The translations under genes and the position numbers were made by a program. From a candidate division WOR-3 bacterium (GTDB taxonomy: Bacteria > Hydrothermota > Tepidihabitantia > Tepidihabitantales > Tepidihabitantaceae): a DNA stretch of 64,000 nucleotides. The first letter of the stretch is position 1. Every line of letters begins with the position of its first letter. The stretch is taken from the NCBI GenBank assembly GCA_965649225.1, contig CBFGJX010000001.1, positions 32,001-96,000 of the forward strand, in the 5' to 3' direction. The notes beneath the pieces are model-generated. The model made no database searches and was not told the origin of the DNA. It saw only the letters and a program-made list of their open reading frames with translations. Shown here in pieces: positions 1 through 9,585 of the stretch.

Positions 1-531
1 CGCGACTACGTCCGTGTGATGCTGGCAAGCAACGGCCTGACTGAACGGGATGTCACCCTCATTGAGGCCGGTTACTCTTCGATTCTTGGCGAGCTTGACG
101 CCGGTAAAGTTGATGCAGCCTGGCTTGTCGAACCAATGCTGTGCCCGTTGGACACGGCCCGATACCGACTGGTACAGCCCGCAGCATCGGCTCGTTTCGT
201 AACACAACCATTTCCGGGTGCCGCAATCGGATTCGCCCCTTCCCTCCTGACACGCAGCCGCACGCTCGCAGTACGGTTGAAGAAGAGCATCGACGCTGCA
301 GCAGCGCTCATTGAAGGCAAGGCCGACAGTGCCAAGCTTGTTCTGGGACGCTATTTCAGCTATTGCACGACTCAATGTGGTGCCTGCCGCGTGCCGGAGC
401 CGCAGCGTCTGGCTGAAATCAATAAGACCGCTCTCACGTCACTCGCTGCACGTCTTACCGCAACTGGAGTAATTCCTGGAGATATCGACCCTAAGGCCGC
501 CCTGGTCGAACCATCCAAGGTTATCAAGTGA
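1..531 (+). CDS. ABC transporter substrate-binding protein, SsuA/NMT1-like (5' truncated by window edge)
   Basis: Frame is open from base 1; GLTERDVTLIE...ELDAGKVDAAWLVEP resembles SsuA/NlpA-type binding proteins. Confidence 0.65.
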   Translation, partial: RDYVRVMLASNGLTERDVTLIEAGYSSILGELDAGKVDAAWLVEPMLCPLDTARYRLVQPAASARFVTQPFPGAAIGFAPSLLTRSRTLAVRLKKSIDAAAALIEGKADSAKLVLGRYFSYCTTQCGACRVPEPQRLAEINKTALTSLAARLTATGVIPGDIDPKAALVEPSKVIK

Positions 532-541
532 CGGAAATCAT

Positions 542-815
542 CCGGTCGCGCTAGATGGGGGGCTGGCGGTCCCCTGTAACCCGAAACCCGCCCAAGCGGG
601 GTCGATGGGCAGTCTGAGGCATCATGTGATTGAACAAGCCGGCAGCCGTATATTGACGTTGAGGATCGGGTCTGGTGACGTTGACCACCGCCAACCCCGT
701 CAGGACCGGAAGGTAGCAGCGGTACGCGGTTCGCGCAGCGGTCATCGGAGTGCCTGGTCGGAGTCACTTACGCTGCGGCCTCGCTCACTGGCGTCGAAGC
801 TGCCCGCGCGACCGG
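542..815 (+). ncRNA. ffs: Signal recognition particle RNA, large (Alu-containing) bacterial type
   Basis: Domain IV motif GTCAGGACCGGAAGGTAGCAGC at 699-720; terminal helix CCGGTCGCGC (542-551) pairs with GCGCGACCGG (806-815); TGTAAC Alu-like motif near 575; lies directly upstream of dnaX, a common position. Confidence 0.9.
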
Positions 816-826
816 GCTGAGACACC

Positions 827-2287
827 ATGGCAGAAAACAGGATCCTGACACTCAAATACCGCCCCACGCGATTAGACGAGCTCTGGGTCCAGGAACACGT
901 TCGTACCACGCTGGCCAGCGCCATCCAGAACGGTCGTCTGGCCAATGCCTACTTGTTCGCCGGTCCCCGAGGAGTCGGCAAAACAACTACGGCCCGCATT
1001 CTTGCCAAGAGTCTGAATTGTGAGCACGGCCCGACGGTGACACCCTGCAACGAATGCAGCTTCTGTCGCGAAATTGCCAGCTCACGCAGTCTCGACGTAA
1101 TTGAAATCGACGGCGCCTCGAACCGGGGAATCGACGCAATTCGTGATCTGCGCGATAGCATCCGTTATGCTCCCAATGCAGCGCGTTTTAAAATCTACAT
1201 CATCGACGAAATTCACATGCTCACCGAACCGGCCTTCAACGCTCTACTGAAAACGCTGGAAGAACCACCCGCCCATGCCAAATTTGTGTTTGCCACTACC
1301 CACGCCCACGCAGTGCCACCAACTATTATCTCTCGCTGCCAGCGTTTTGATTTTCGCAAGGCGACGCCCGGTGAAATCCGTGATCGCCTAGCCTGGCTTG
1401 CAGAAAAAGAACGTATTGCGATCACTGACGGAGCCCTGCTGACGATTGCACGCAGAGCAGACGGAGCACTGCGCGATGCTGAGAGCATGCTTGACCAATT
1501 GGCAGCATTCCGTCCCGAAGGAATCGATGCGCCCGACGTTGAAGAACTGCTGGGTATTGTGCCTGGACAGTTTTACAGCACCTTAGCCAGCCTGGTTGTC
1601 AAGGCGGACGCAGCCGGCATGCTTGAGCTAATCGCAAGGATCTTTGAAAACGGCCGTGACCCCATCGAATTTCTCCGGGGCGCGGTTGAGTATTTTCGCC
1701 AGCTGCTGACGGTAGCGACCGGTAGTTCCGTCGGCCTCAGTGACCTTACTCCCGACGAGGCCGCTGCCATTAAGGAAATGGCCAAGTACTTCAGCCCCCC
1801 CCGCATTTTGGCGATACTCGACAGATTGACTACGCTTGAGGATACGGCTCGCAACTCCGAAATACCGCGGGCATTGCTTGAGGTAGCGACGCTCGAGCTA
1901 ACGATGCTCGAACCCCCTCCCCGGCCGTCTGCTCCCTCTCCATCGCCGCATCAACCGGATTGCACGAATGAAAAAGAAGTTTCTGAACCGAGCATCTGGA
2001 ACCGTCTGCGTCTTGAGACAAACAAGCATAGACCGCTGCTTGCTGCGGCCCTTGACCTTGCCAGCGAGTCCAAACTATCCGAGGATACACTCACCCTGAC
2101 TCTGCCTGCAGATCAACGTGGGGTTTTGGCAAACATTGAGGCCGAACGCACGTTCATTGAACAGCAATTGCTGTCAATCGCCGGACGAGAAATAAGACTC
2201 GCACTGAAATTGGCCTCACCATCATCCGGCGTCGATCCGGTCTCTGCCAGACTGACGCGGATTTTCGGCAGAATTGAGGAACATTGA
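827..2287 (+). CDS. dnaX: DNA polymerase III subunit gamma/tau
   Basis: KYRP, GPRGVGKTT Walker A, PCNECSFC Zn site, IIDEIHML, SRCQRFDF. Confidence 0.97.
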   Translation: MAENRILTLKYRPTRLDELWVQEHVRTTLASAIQNGRLANAYLFAGPRGVGKTTTARILAKSLNCEHGPTVTPCNECSFCREIASSRSLDVIEIDGASNRGIDAIRDLRDSIRYAPNAARFKIYIIDEIHMLTEPAFNALLKTLEEPPAHAKFVFATTHAHAVPPTIISRCQRFDFRKATPGEIRDRLAWLAEKERIAITDGALLTIARRADGALRDAESMLDQLAAFRPEGIDAPDVEELLGIVPGQFYSTLASLVVKADAAGMLELIARIFENGRDPIEFLRGAVEYFRQLLTVATGSSVGLSDLTPDEAAAIKEMAKYFSPPRILAILDRLTTLEDTARNSEIPRALLEVATLELTMLEPPPRPSAPSPSPHQPDCTNEKEVSEPSIWNRLRLETNKHRPLLAAALDLASESKLSEDTLTLTLPADQRGVLANIEAERTFIEQQLLSIAGREIRLALKLASPSSGVDPVSARLTRIFGRIEEH

Positions 2288-2317
2288 GACAGGCTTCTGA
2301 TATCTCTCTAAGCCAGG

Positions 2318-2902
2318 ATGCGTGACCCGCTAGAACAGCTGACCGCCAGTTTGAGCCGTCTTCCCGGCATTGGCCGAAAGTCAGCCCAGCGCATCGCATT
2401 TCATCTGCTGCGTGACCAAGGACTAATCGACGAACTGACCGGCTCCATGAACGAAGCCCGTCGTCTGCTGCACGAATGCCCTGAGTGCTTCTGCTATACG
2501 ACCGAAGAAGTCTGCTCAGTCTGTCGGGATCCGTCCCGCGACCATAGCTTGCTTTGTGTCGTCGAAGAGCCGGCTGACGCACTCGCCCTCGAACAGGCAG
2601 GCAGCTACCGGGGCATCTACCACGTACTGGGCGGGGCGTTGTCACCAATTTGCGGGGTCGGACCACAGTCACTGCGCATGGACGAGCTTCTCAAACGCGT
2701 CGGCACTGGCATCCAAGAAATAATCATCGCAACCAATCCTACTACTGAGGGCGAAGCTACTGCCGTATATATCGCCCGTGCGCTGAAAGACCGACCGGTA
2801 CGTGTCACCCGTATCGCTCGCGGGCTGCCCGTTGGCGCCGACATTGAACTTGCCGACGTCGAAACCATAAGCCGGGCCCTCGAAGGCAGGAACGAAATAT
2901 GA
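2318..2902 (+). CDS. recR: Recombination protein RecR
   Basis: LPGIGRKSAQR helix-hairpin-helix, C4 zinc finger, Toprim IIATNPTTEGEATA. Confidence 0.97.
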   Translation: MRDPLEQLTASLSRLPGIGRKSAQRIAFHLLRDQGLIDELTGSMNEARRLLHECPECFCYTTEEVCSVCRDPSRDHSLLCVVEEPADALALEQAGSYRGIYHVLGGALSPICGVGPQSLRMDELLKRVGTGIQEIIIATNPTTEGEATAVYIARALKDRPVRVTRIARGLPVGADIELADVETISRALEGRNEI

Positions 2903-2954
2903 CTGGAGCACAAAGCAAGAACCGGAGACCAATAACGAACAGCCGGAGGCCCAA

Positions 2955-3278
2955 ATGAAGTTCACCCTCACTGGCCGACACTATGACATAACACCCCACC
3001 TCAGGAACTATGTTGAAAACAAACTAGGCAAACTCAACCGCTTCGACAAGCGGGTTGTTGAAACGACTGTCGTTTTGTTCAGAGACAGCATCAAAGACGT
3101 CGCCGAGGGGAAGGTTCACTTCGGCCGCAGGACTATCACCGCCAAGGGGCAAGGCGATGACATGTATGCCGCAGTAAACGACTTGGCCAGCAAACTGGTC
3201 AGCCAGCTCGAACGTCACGAAGGGCGCTTGCGCAGCCGCAAACGCGTCCCGCCGCAGGCTGCCTCGGAACAGCCGTGA
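2955..3278 (+). CDS. hpf: Ribosome hibernation promoting factor (short HPF/RaiA)
   Basis: TGRHYDITPHLRNYVENKLGKL and DMYAAV motifs; GGAGG RBS upstream. Confidence 0.9.
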   Translation: MKFTLTGRHYDITPHLRNYVENKLGKLNRFDKRVVETTVVLFRDSIKDVAEGKVHFGRRTITAKGQGDDMYAAVNDLASKLVSQLERHEGRLRSRKRVPPQAASEQP

Positions 3279-4267
3279 ACGGCACCTCTGGTCGGCTGAG
3301 CATCGCCACTCTCCTGCACGAAAAGCAGGAAGAATGGGGTCTCGAGCTGTTGGCGGGCCGCTCAGGGCTGGAAAATAACCAGCTTGTGACCAGCGACATT
3401 AACCGACCAGGAATGGCACTCGCAGGCTACACCGGCGTGTTTCTGGCCGAGCGTGCTCAGATTGTCGGCACCACTGAATTGACCTACCTCAGCACCCTTT
3501 CGCCGGAAACGGCCGATGATGCGGTCCGACGCCTGTTTGAACTGCAGCCATCATGCATATTCGTCACCAAAGGACTACCACTGAACAACCGCTGGCTCAC
3601 GGAAGCTGACCGTAACTCGATCCCGCTCCTGCGCACGCCCATGGACACAACGCCATTCATTCACGCACTGTCAGCCTATCTCGACCACCGATTGGCACCC
3701 GAAACCTATGTCAACGGCGAACTCGTTGACGTCTTTGGCGTCGGCCTTCTGATAACCGGCGAATCTGGTATCGGCAAATCCGAATGTGCGTTGGACTTGG
3801 TAGATCGAGGGCACCGCCTCATCGCGGACGACCTGGTTAAGGTTTTGCGGCGCGGTGCCGGTATTCTAATGGGATACTCGGCAGCACGAACACCGCTTCT
3901 GGCGCATCACATCGAGGTCCGCGGCGTTGGGATAGTTGACGTCTACAGTCTCTACGGCGTTCGGGCAATCCGAATCCAGAAACGCATAGAAGTTGAGGTC
4001 AGCCTAGTTCACTGGCGTAAAGGAATGGAGTATGAGCGAATCGGCGTTGAGGATCAGCTTGCGGAAATCCTCAATGTAAGAATACCCAAAGTCACCATCC
4101 CGGTCATCCCCGGTAAAAACCTAGCGCTGGTATTGGAGGTAATAGCCAAGAACCATATCCTGAAGGTTTTTGGCTATCATCCCGCCAAGGTCTTTGATGA
4201 CGAGCTGAAGCGAATGATGAGCCGCTCACCACGCATTGACCCGTTCATAACCGATGACCAAGAATAG
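3275..4267 (+). CDS. hprK: HPr kinase/phosphorylase
   Basis: INRPG, GESGIGKSE Walker A, GHRLIADD, IEVRGVGI. Confidence 0.96.
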   Translation: MNGTSGRLSIATLLHEKQEEWGLELLAGRSGLENNQLVTSDINRPGMALAGYTGVFLAERAQIVGTTELTYLSTLSPETADDAVRRLFELQPSCIFVTKGLPLNNRWLTEADRNSIPLLRTPMDTTPFIHALSAYLDHRLAPETYVNGELVDVFGVGLLITGESGIGKSECALDLVDRGHRLIADDLVKVLRRGAGILMGYSAARTPLLAHHIEVRGVGIVDVYSLYGVRAIRIQKRIEVEVSLVHWRKGMEYERIGVEDQLAEILNVRIPKVTIPVIPGKNLALVLEVIAKNHILKVFGYHPAKVFDDELKRMMSRSPRIDPFITDDQE

Positions 4268-4655
4268 TCAATCCAATCGTCACCCAGTTCAGGGCATAAT
4301 CGTCGGACACGGCAACCTGCCCGCGGCTTTACTGGAAGCAGCCCAACTGATCGTGGGGCCTGCCGGCGGCATAGAAGCCGTGAGCAACGCCAGCATGTCA
4401 ACGGACGAACTTACGGCCAAAATCGATGGCATCCTTCAGGCGACTGCGGCGGCAGCGACAATCATCTTTGTCGATATGTACGGCTCCAGCTGCGCAATTG
4501 CCAGCCTCAGAACCCAACACAACCGCTCGAACGTCGCAGTCCTCTGCGGCGTAAATCTACCCATGCTGGTACGCTTCATCACTCATCGCGACAGGGATAG
4601 CTTTGACGAACTCGTGCGCATCGTGCGGGAAGCCGGTGGCTGCCCGCACACCTGA
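4254..4655 (+). CDS. PTS mannose/fructose-family EIIA component
   Basis: IIVGHG phospho-His motif, FVDMYGSS, GVNLPML. Confidence 0.88.
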   Translation: MTKNSQSNRHPVQGIIVGHGNLPAALLEAAQLIVGPAGGIEAVSNASMSTDELTAKIDGILQATAAAATIIFVDMYGSSCAIASLRTQHNRSNVAVLCGVNLPMLVRFITHRDRDSFDELVRIVREAGGCPHT

Positions 4656-4663
4656 CCACAGCC

Positions 4664-7555
4664 CTAACCCCGGTTCTCAGCTTCAAGCCTTCTGGTCAGA
4701 CCACTCCGCCAGGCCCGCGCTGCCTCAGACACCGCCAGATTAACCACCCTCCCGCCATTCAGACCATCGATTCTGATAAAGCCGCTGTCGTCGACTCTCC
4801 CCACGACCGCATGCACAGTCCGCCGCAGACAGTCTTCAAATGCTTTGCGGTGTCGTTGCGGTACGGTACAAACAAACCTCGAATTGGACTCACTGAAAAG
4901 CAGAAAATCATCGCGTCGGAAGCGACGGGCCCCCGGCAGGCGGGTCAGATCAATCCGACACCCCAGCCTGCCCGCGATCGCCATTTCAGCAACTCCCACC
5001 GCCAACCCCCCCCCGGAGAGATCGTGACAAGCCGAAACGAATCCTCTCCGCAACGCACTGGCTACCGCCAGCATCGTCCGTCTCGCCCGCCTCGCGTCAA
5101 CCTTCGGCACCTCACGTCCAAGGCCGTGGTGAATATCGAAATACTCGCTGCCTCCGAGCTCGTCAAACGTTTCGCCGACCACATAGATGGCATCGCCCGG
5201 CCTCTTGAAGTCACTGCCGATTCCGGCAACCGAAACATCGGGGATTACGCTCAGCGCCGAAATCAATAGCGTCGGAGGTATTGGCAACGACTCGCCGGTA
5301 TCTGTTCTGAACTCGTTGTAGAGTGAATCCTTGCCGGAAATGAATGGGGTGCGAAACACCCGCGCCATGTCGTAGCACGCCCCAGCAGCCCGGACCAGCC
5401 CGGCGAGCTGATCGGGACGCTCAGGACTTCCCCAACAAAAGTTATCAAGCAATGCGGTGCGCTCAATATCACCGCCGGCCGCAACACAGTTGCGAAGCGC
5501 CTCATCAATGGCCGACGCTGCCATCCAGTAGGGATCAATCAATCCATATCTTGGGCAAATCCCCACGGCAACGACACAGCCACGCCGTGATCCCTTCACC
5601 GGAGCAATAACGCAGCCGTCAGACGGCCCGCCTTGAAACTGCCCGGCAAATGGTTTCCCGACCGTACCGGCTTGGACTTCATGATCATATTGACGGATAA
5701 CCCACTCCCTGCTCGCAATGTTAGCCGAATGCAAAACGCGCAGGAGCTGCTCAGACAGCTCAGTCTTCAGGGGAACACTCGGGTCAGCAGTTTCTGGCCT
5801 TTGCCAGCGTGCTTCGCGCTTGCAGCTACGCCATCCGCGATGAACGAAGTCCATATCGAGATCCGCCACACGCCGGCGACGATACCACAACTCCATTCGC
5901 CGCGAACCAGTCGTCCTGCCTATCACCGATATCTCAACATCGAGATTTCGCGCCAGCTCCTGGAGTGCATCGAGTTTGGTCGGCTCAATGAACGCAATCA
6001 TCCGTTCCTGCGACTCCGAAATCCAGATTTCAGCCGGAGTAAGTCCCTCATATTTGAGTGGAACCTTCTCAAGTTCAACGCTGCAGCCGACAGTTTGCGA
6101 CAATTCCCCAACCGCGCTGGAAAGCCCTCCCCCTCCGCAATCGGTCAATGCCGAGAACAGCCCCTTGTCCCTGCCGGCAGAGACGAGATCGGCGAGCTTC
6201 TTTTCTTCAATTGGGTTACCAATCTGTACCGCACCACTTCCGACTGTTTCTGATTCGTGCCCCAGTTCGGCCGAGGCAAAAGTTACACCATGGATACCGT
6301 CGCGGCCGGTTCTTCCGCCCATCAGGACTATCAACTGCCCAGCCTTCACACGCTTCTTCACGGCTGACTTAGGTATCAAGCCGAGTGTACCGCAGAACAC
6401 TAGGGGATTTCCCAAATATCCGGGATGAAAACAGATCGCTCCATTGGCGGTCGGGATTCCCATTCGATTCCCGTAATCGCGCACGCCCGCAACGACGCCT
6501 TTCATAATGCGCCGTGGATGCATTACTCCCTTCGGCAAGTCATCGACTCTGGTTTCCAGTGGCGCAAAACAGAAAACGTCGGTATTCAGTATCGGGCTCG
6601 CACCGAGTCCAGTGCCAAGGCAATCCCGGATCACACCCCCGATACCGGTCGCAGCGCCACCGTACGGCTCAATTGCCGACGGATGGTTGTGTGTCTCCAC
6701 CTTGAATGTCAATGCGTATTGATCGTCCAGTTCAACTACTCCCGAGTTATCGCTAAAGACCGACAGACACCAGGGTGGATTCAGTTCACGAGTAACCCTG
6801 AAAATGGTAAGCTTTAGAAGATTTCTGACCACCCGACCCGGCAGCTTTATCGCGCCGCGGAATGTCTTGTGCTGACAGTGTTCAGACCAAGACTGAGCTA
6901 AGGTTTCAATCTCGACATCTGTAGGGTTGCGACCTAGTCTCTCGAAATGCTGCTTTATCTCCAGCATCTCATCGCCGCTCAACGAAAGCATCCGCTGACG
7001 GGACAGCCTCTCAAGAGCAGCCAGACTCTTGCCGAGCACCGGAACACGCCGAACACGGGCACTCTGCCGCTGAAACCCGACAAAAATTTCGTCTGTCGAA
7101 CGCACGACCCGCTGGATCGCAGGATTGACCAAGAGACAATCTGTCAGTCGCTCGATTGTCCGCCGCTCGGCAACTGCATTCCGTTCTCGTCGAGCCCAGA
7201 AGCGATATGCCGTCGCGACGTGAACCTCGCACTGAGGATGACCAGCGTCGCGCAATGCCCTCAGAATGCTGTCGACGCTTGGTTCCATCACCCCCGGCCG
7301 AACAATAACCTCAACTTCGCCTGGCGGCGAGAATGCAACGCCAGCACTGATCTCGAATCGTTCCGTGACCGGATCAGCGAGCAATACGTTGGCAATCGTC
7401 CTAACCGATGATTCATCCAGCGGGCCTCGGATGTAGTACACCCTGGAGACCGAAATGTCGCCGACGCCACGAATACCAAGCTCCGAACTCTCGGACAGCA
7501 AAGCCCGCGCTTCCGGGTCAGGACCGCGACGGGTTACAGCAATTCTCCAGACCAT
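4664..7555 (-). CDS. purL: Phosphoribosylformylglycinamidine synthase PurL with N-terminal PurS-like extension
   Basis: WSEHCQHKTF, KVETHNHPS, GAATGIGGVIRD, SESQER, ISGKDSLYN; no glutaminase (PurQ) domain; start placed at ATG 7555. Confidence 0.95.
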   Translation of the reverse strand: MVWRIAVTRRGPDPEARALLSESSELGIRGVGDISVSRVYYIRGPLDESSVRTIANVLLADPVTERFEISAGVAFSPPGEVEVIVRPGVMEPSVDSILRALRDAGHPQCEVHVATAYRFWARRERNAVAERRTIERLTDCLLVNPAIQRVVRSTDEIFVGFQRQSARVRRVPVLGKSLAALERLSRQRMLSLSGDEMLEIKQHFERLGRNPTDVEIETLAQSWSEHCQHKTFRGAIKLPGRVVRNLLKLTIFRVTRELNPPWCLSVFSDNSGVVELDDQYALTFKVETHNHPSAIEPYGGAATGIGGVIRDCLGTGLGASPILNTDVFCFAPLETRVDDLPKGVMHPRRIMKGVVAGVRDYGNRMGIPTANGAICFHPGYLGNPLVFCGTLGLIPKSAVKKRVKAGQLIVLMGGRTGRDGIHGVTFASAELGHESETVGSGAVQIGNPIEEKKLADLVSAGRDKGLFSALTDCGGGGLSSAVGELSQTVGCSVELEKVPLKYEGLTPAEIWISESQERMIAFIEPTKLDALQELARNLDVEISVIGRTTGSRRMELWYRRRRVADLDMDFVHRGWRSCKREARWQRPETADPSVPLKTELSEQLLRVLHSANIASREWVIRQYDHEVQAGTVGKPFAGQFQGGPSDGCVIAPVKGSRRGCVVAVGICPRYGLIDPYWMAASAIDEALRNCVAAGGDIERTALLDNFCWGSPERPDQLAGLVRAAGACYDMARVFRTPFISGKDSLYNEFRTDTGESLPIPPTLLISALSVIPDVSVAGIGSDFKRPGDAIYVVGETFDELGGSEYFDIHHGLGREVPKVDARRARRTMLAVASALRRGFVSACHDLSGGGLAVGVAEMAIAGRLGCRIDLTRLPGARRFRRDDFLLFSESNSRFVCTVPQRHRKAFEDCLRRTVHAVVGRVDDSGFIRIDGLNGGRVVNLAVSEAARAWRSGLTRRLEAENRG

Positions 7556-7601
7556 GTAATAAAAATAGGGCAAAAGACCTGGGCTTCAACAGCAGCTGCT
7601 G

Positions 7602-8111
7602 CTAGCGCTCAAGCAACTCTTCCAGTTCGGCGTCCAACGAATCTTCATCAAAAAGGGATCCCTGACCCTTCATCACCAGCTCCCCAGCCTCCCGAATCAG
7701 TGCTTTCAAAAGGTCATAGCGCCTGCGCACCTCTGCTCGAGCAGCCGGTCGGTTCGTTGTCGCCACCGTATCAAGACCGGCAACTATGACGCCGGTCTCG
7801 TGCGATACTAAATCAATCAAAAAGAACAACGAATCGACAGTCCCGCCGGCCCCTCCCCTGTCTATCGCTTGCCGACGCAAGAGGCTTGTCCGACGCTGCG
7901 CCAAAGTAAGCCGCCGGGCCATCGTCGCTCGAAATCGGTTCCACTCCTGCTCCTCGGTCAAACGCGACAGTTTGACCGGCGGCTCCGGTCGCCAAGCCCG
8001 TCTCGCGTTTGCTGCAACGACAAACCCCGCCGCGCCCAGGGCAGCGACAGAAGCAACGCCGACAACATACCACAAAGCTGCCTTTCCCCGCAAACTCGAT
8101 TTTGGGACCAC
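7602..8111 (-). CDS. Hypothetical protein with N-terminal membrane anchor
   Basis: 169-aa ORF filling the gap; one hydrophobic segment followed by a helical region. Confidence 0.55.
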   Translation of the reverse strand: MVPKSSLRGKAALWYVVGVASVAALGAAGFVVAANARRAWRPEPPVKLSRLTEEQEWNRFRATMARRLTLAQRRTSLLRRQAIDRGGAGGTVDSLFFLIDLVSHETGVIVAGLDTVATTNRPAARAEVRRRYDLLKALIREAGELVMKGQGSLFDEDSLDAELEELLER

Positions 8112-8163
8112 CGCTTGCCTCTCTGAATGATCCGTCTCTAAATTGTCCTGCGCAGACGAATCG

Positions 8164-8193
8164 TTGACATTGCGAGAAAAACTGCTTTAATAT
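8164..8193 (+). promoter_or_regulatory. Sigma70-type promoter of tRNA-Met
   Basis: TTGACA (8164-8169), 18-nt spacer, TAATAT (8188-8193), 7 nt before the tRNA. Confidence 0.6.
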
Positions 8194-8200
8194 CAAACAC

Positions 8201-8274
8201 TGCGGGGTGGAGCAGCCCGGAAGCTCGTGAGGCTCATAACCTCAAGGTCGCTGGTTCGAATCCAGCCCCCGCTA
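8201..8274 (+). tRNA. tRNA-Met(CAT), initiator type; CCA not encoded
   Basis: Cloverleaf with acceptor TGCGGGG/CCCCGCT (1:72 mismatch), A11:U24 in the D stem, anticodon CAT at 8235-8237, T loop TTCGAAT. Confidence 0.95.
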
Positions 8275-8358
8275 TTATCAGACAATCCGAAATTCCCCAA
8301 CTTGTCCATTGGGTAGGAAAAACCGGTGGCCTGCCCAAACCGGTGCAACAACAAGTAG

Positions 8359-8979
8359 TCAGTAACCCCACTCCTCACGCAGCACGGCCCGTCGTCGACA
8401 TGTCGGGCACAGTATTCGCATGCTGGAGGAACGATAAGGCATACCGGTACGCACCACCGGCAAGGGTGCCACAAGGCCAAGCTCCCGGTGTCGCGACAGG
8501 ATCAAGGTAGGATTAGCACTCATCAAGTCGCCGACACGACGAGCAATCCAATCCAGATGTGCCTTGGCTGCGAACGGCTCTCCACAGTCCTCGCAAACCG
8601 CCGCTTCCCGTTCGACCTGTGTTACCCACTCACCGGAACGCTCGGTGCGTGCAGCATCGAACTCAGTGGTGTGAACAATCGCATCGCCAACGGTACAATA
8701 CAAAACACATTGACCACAGTAGATGCACCGCTCGGCGTGATGGATGTTGCGCCAGACTTTCTTGTCTCGGTCAAACACAATTTCGCGCGCCCGTGCAGGA
8801 CACACACGGGTACAGGCGCCACAGCAAATGCACCTCTCGGCGTTGAATTTCAGTAGTCCCCGAAAATTGGGGTGGACTGAATCGACCGCTTTGGGAAAAC
8901 GCGTTGTGTATGGCCCGGCAACAACGGCCCGCACTGCCTCAGCCAGTTCACGAAGTTTCGGCAGTGGTATTCTCATCAC
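8359..8979 (-). CDS. Group 4 hydrogenase 2x[4Fe-4S] subunit (NuoI/MbhN/HycF-like)
   Basis: GPYTTRFP, CICCGACTRVCP, CIYCGQCVLYC, plus C-terminal CEDC...CPTC. Confidence 0.88.
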   Translation of the reverse strand: MMRIPLPKLRELAEAVRAVVAGPYTTRFPKAVDSVHPNFRGLLKFNAERCICCGACTRVCPARAREIVFDRDKKVWRNIHHAERCIYCGQCVLYCTVGDAIVHTTEFDAARTERSGEWVTQVEREAAVCEDCGEPFAAKAHLDWIARRVGDLMSANPTLILSRHRELGLVAPLPVVRTGMPYRSSSMRILCPTCRRRAVLREEWGY

Positions 8980-9326
8980 TCTGTCCCAATCAAAGACTCA
9001 CCACCATGGTCCTCGGAGAACTGGTCCCGCACAGTCCCTTTCCAGAGCTTGACACCGTAGAACAATGCCCCGCGGGCGAGAGCGTGTGCCGCTACCGGTA
9101 CCGTAAAAAGCACAAACAGCGCACACACCAGTGCCTTCACGCCCATCATCGTGAAACCGGTCTTCAGAAACACTCCCAGCATGATACCACATGTACCCAG
9201 TGTGACGCACTTGGTGGCAGCCTGCATCCGGTTGTACAAGTCAGGGAAGCGAACAAGCCCAAGACAACCCAATACCGTGAAACCCACTCCTCCCGCGATA
9301 AAAATCCACCCAAGAACGTCAGTCAT
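8976..9326 (-). CDS. Mrp antiporter subunit G (MnhG/MbhC-like)
   Basis: GLVRFPDLYNRMQAATK, PVAAHALARGA. Confidence 0.92.
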   Translation of the reverse strand: MTDVLGWIFIAGGVGFTVLGCLGLVRFPDLYNRMQAATKCVTLGTCGIMLGVFLKTGFTMMGVKALVCALFVLFTVPVAAHALARGALFYGVKLWKGTVRDQFSEDHGGESLIGTE

Positions 9327-9573
9327 CAAGGCTTCTCCCTTCAAGATACTTGGCAAGTGCCAAGGTTCCGACAAAGGAAACTACCGCCAGGGCGATTGAA
9401 AGATCAATCAGATAAGCAAGCCGGTATCGCAATGCCAGCAGTGCCGTGATGCTGGTAAACAGAACTGCCATGATATCTACCGCAATGGCCCGGTCGGGTA
9501 TGCTCGGTCCTTTCAATGCCCGGTACAGACAGAAGAATGCACCGAAAGTCAGGACCACAATGAACACGCTCAT
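9319..9573 (-). CDS. Mrp antiporter subunit F (MnhF/MbhB-like)
   Basis: RALKGPSIPDRAIAVD, FVGTLALAKYL. Confidence 0.92.
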   Translation of the reverse strand: MSVFIVVLTFGAFFCLYRALKGPSIPDRAIAVDIMAVLFTSITALLALRYRLAYLIDLSIALAVVSFVGTLALAKYLEGRSLDD

Positions 9574-9585
9574 ACTCCTGCCTCG

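Noticed and set aside
361..390. CxxxCxxC (CTTQCGAC) resembling a radical SAM motif
   Set aside because: It lies in the C-terminal part of a periplasmic binding protein fold; disulfides or chance are more likely
1966..1980. dnaX programmed -1 frameshift site (GAAAAAG)
   Set aside because: The codons are GAA AAA GAA, not the A AAA AAG phase, and no clear stimulatory hairpin follows
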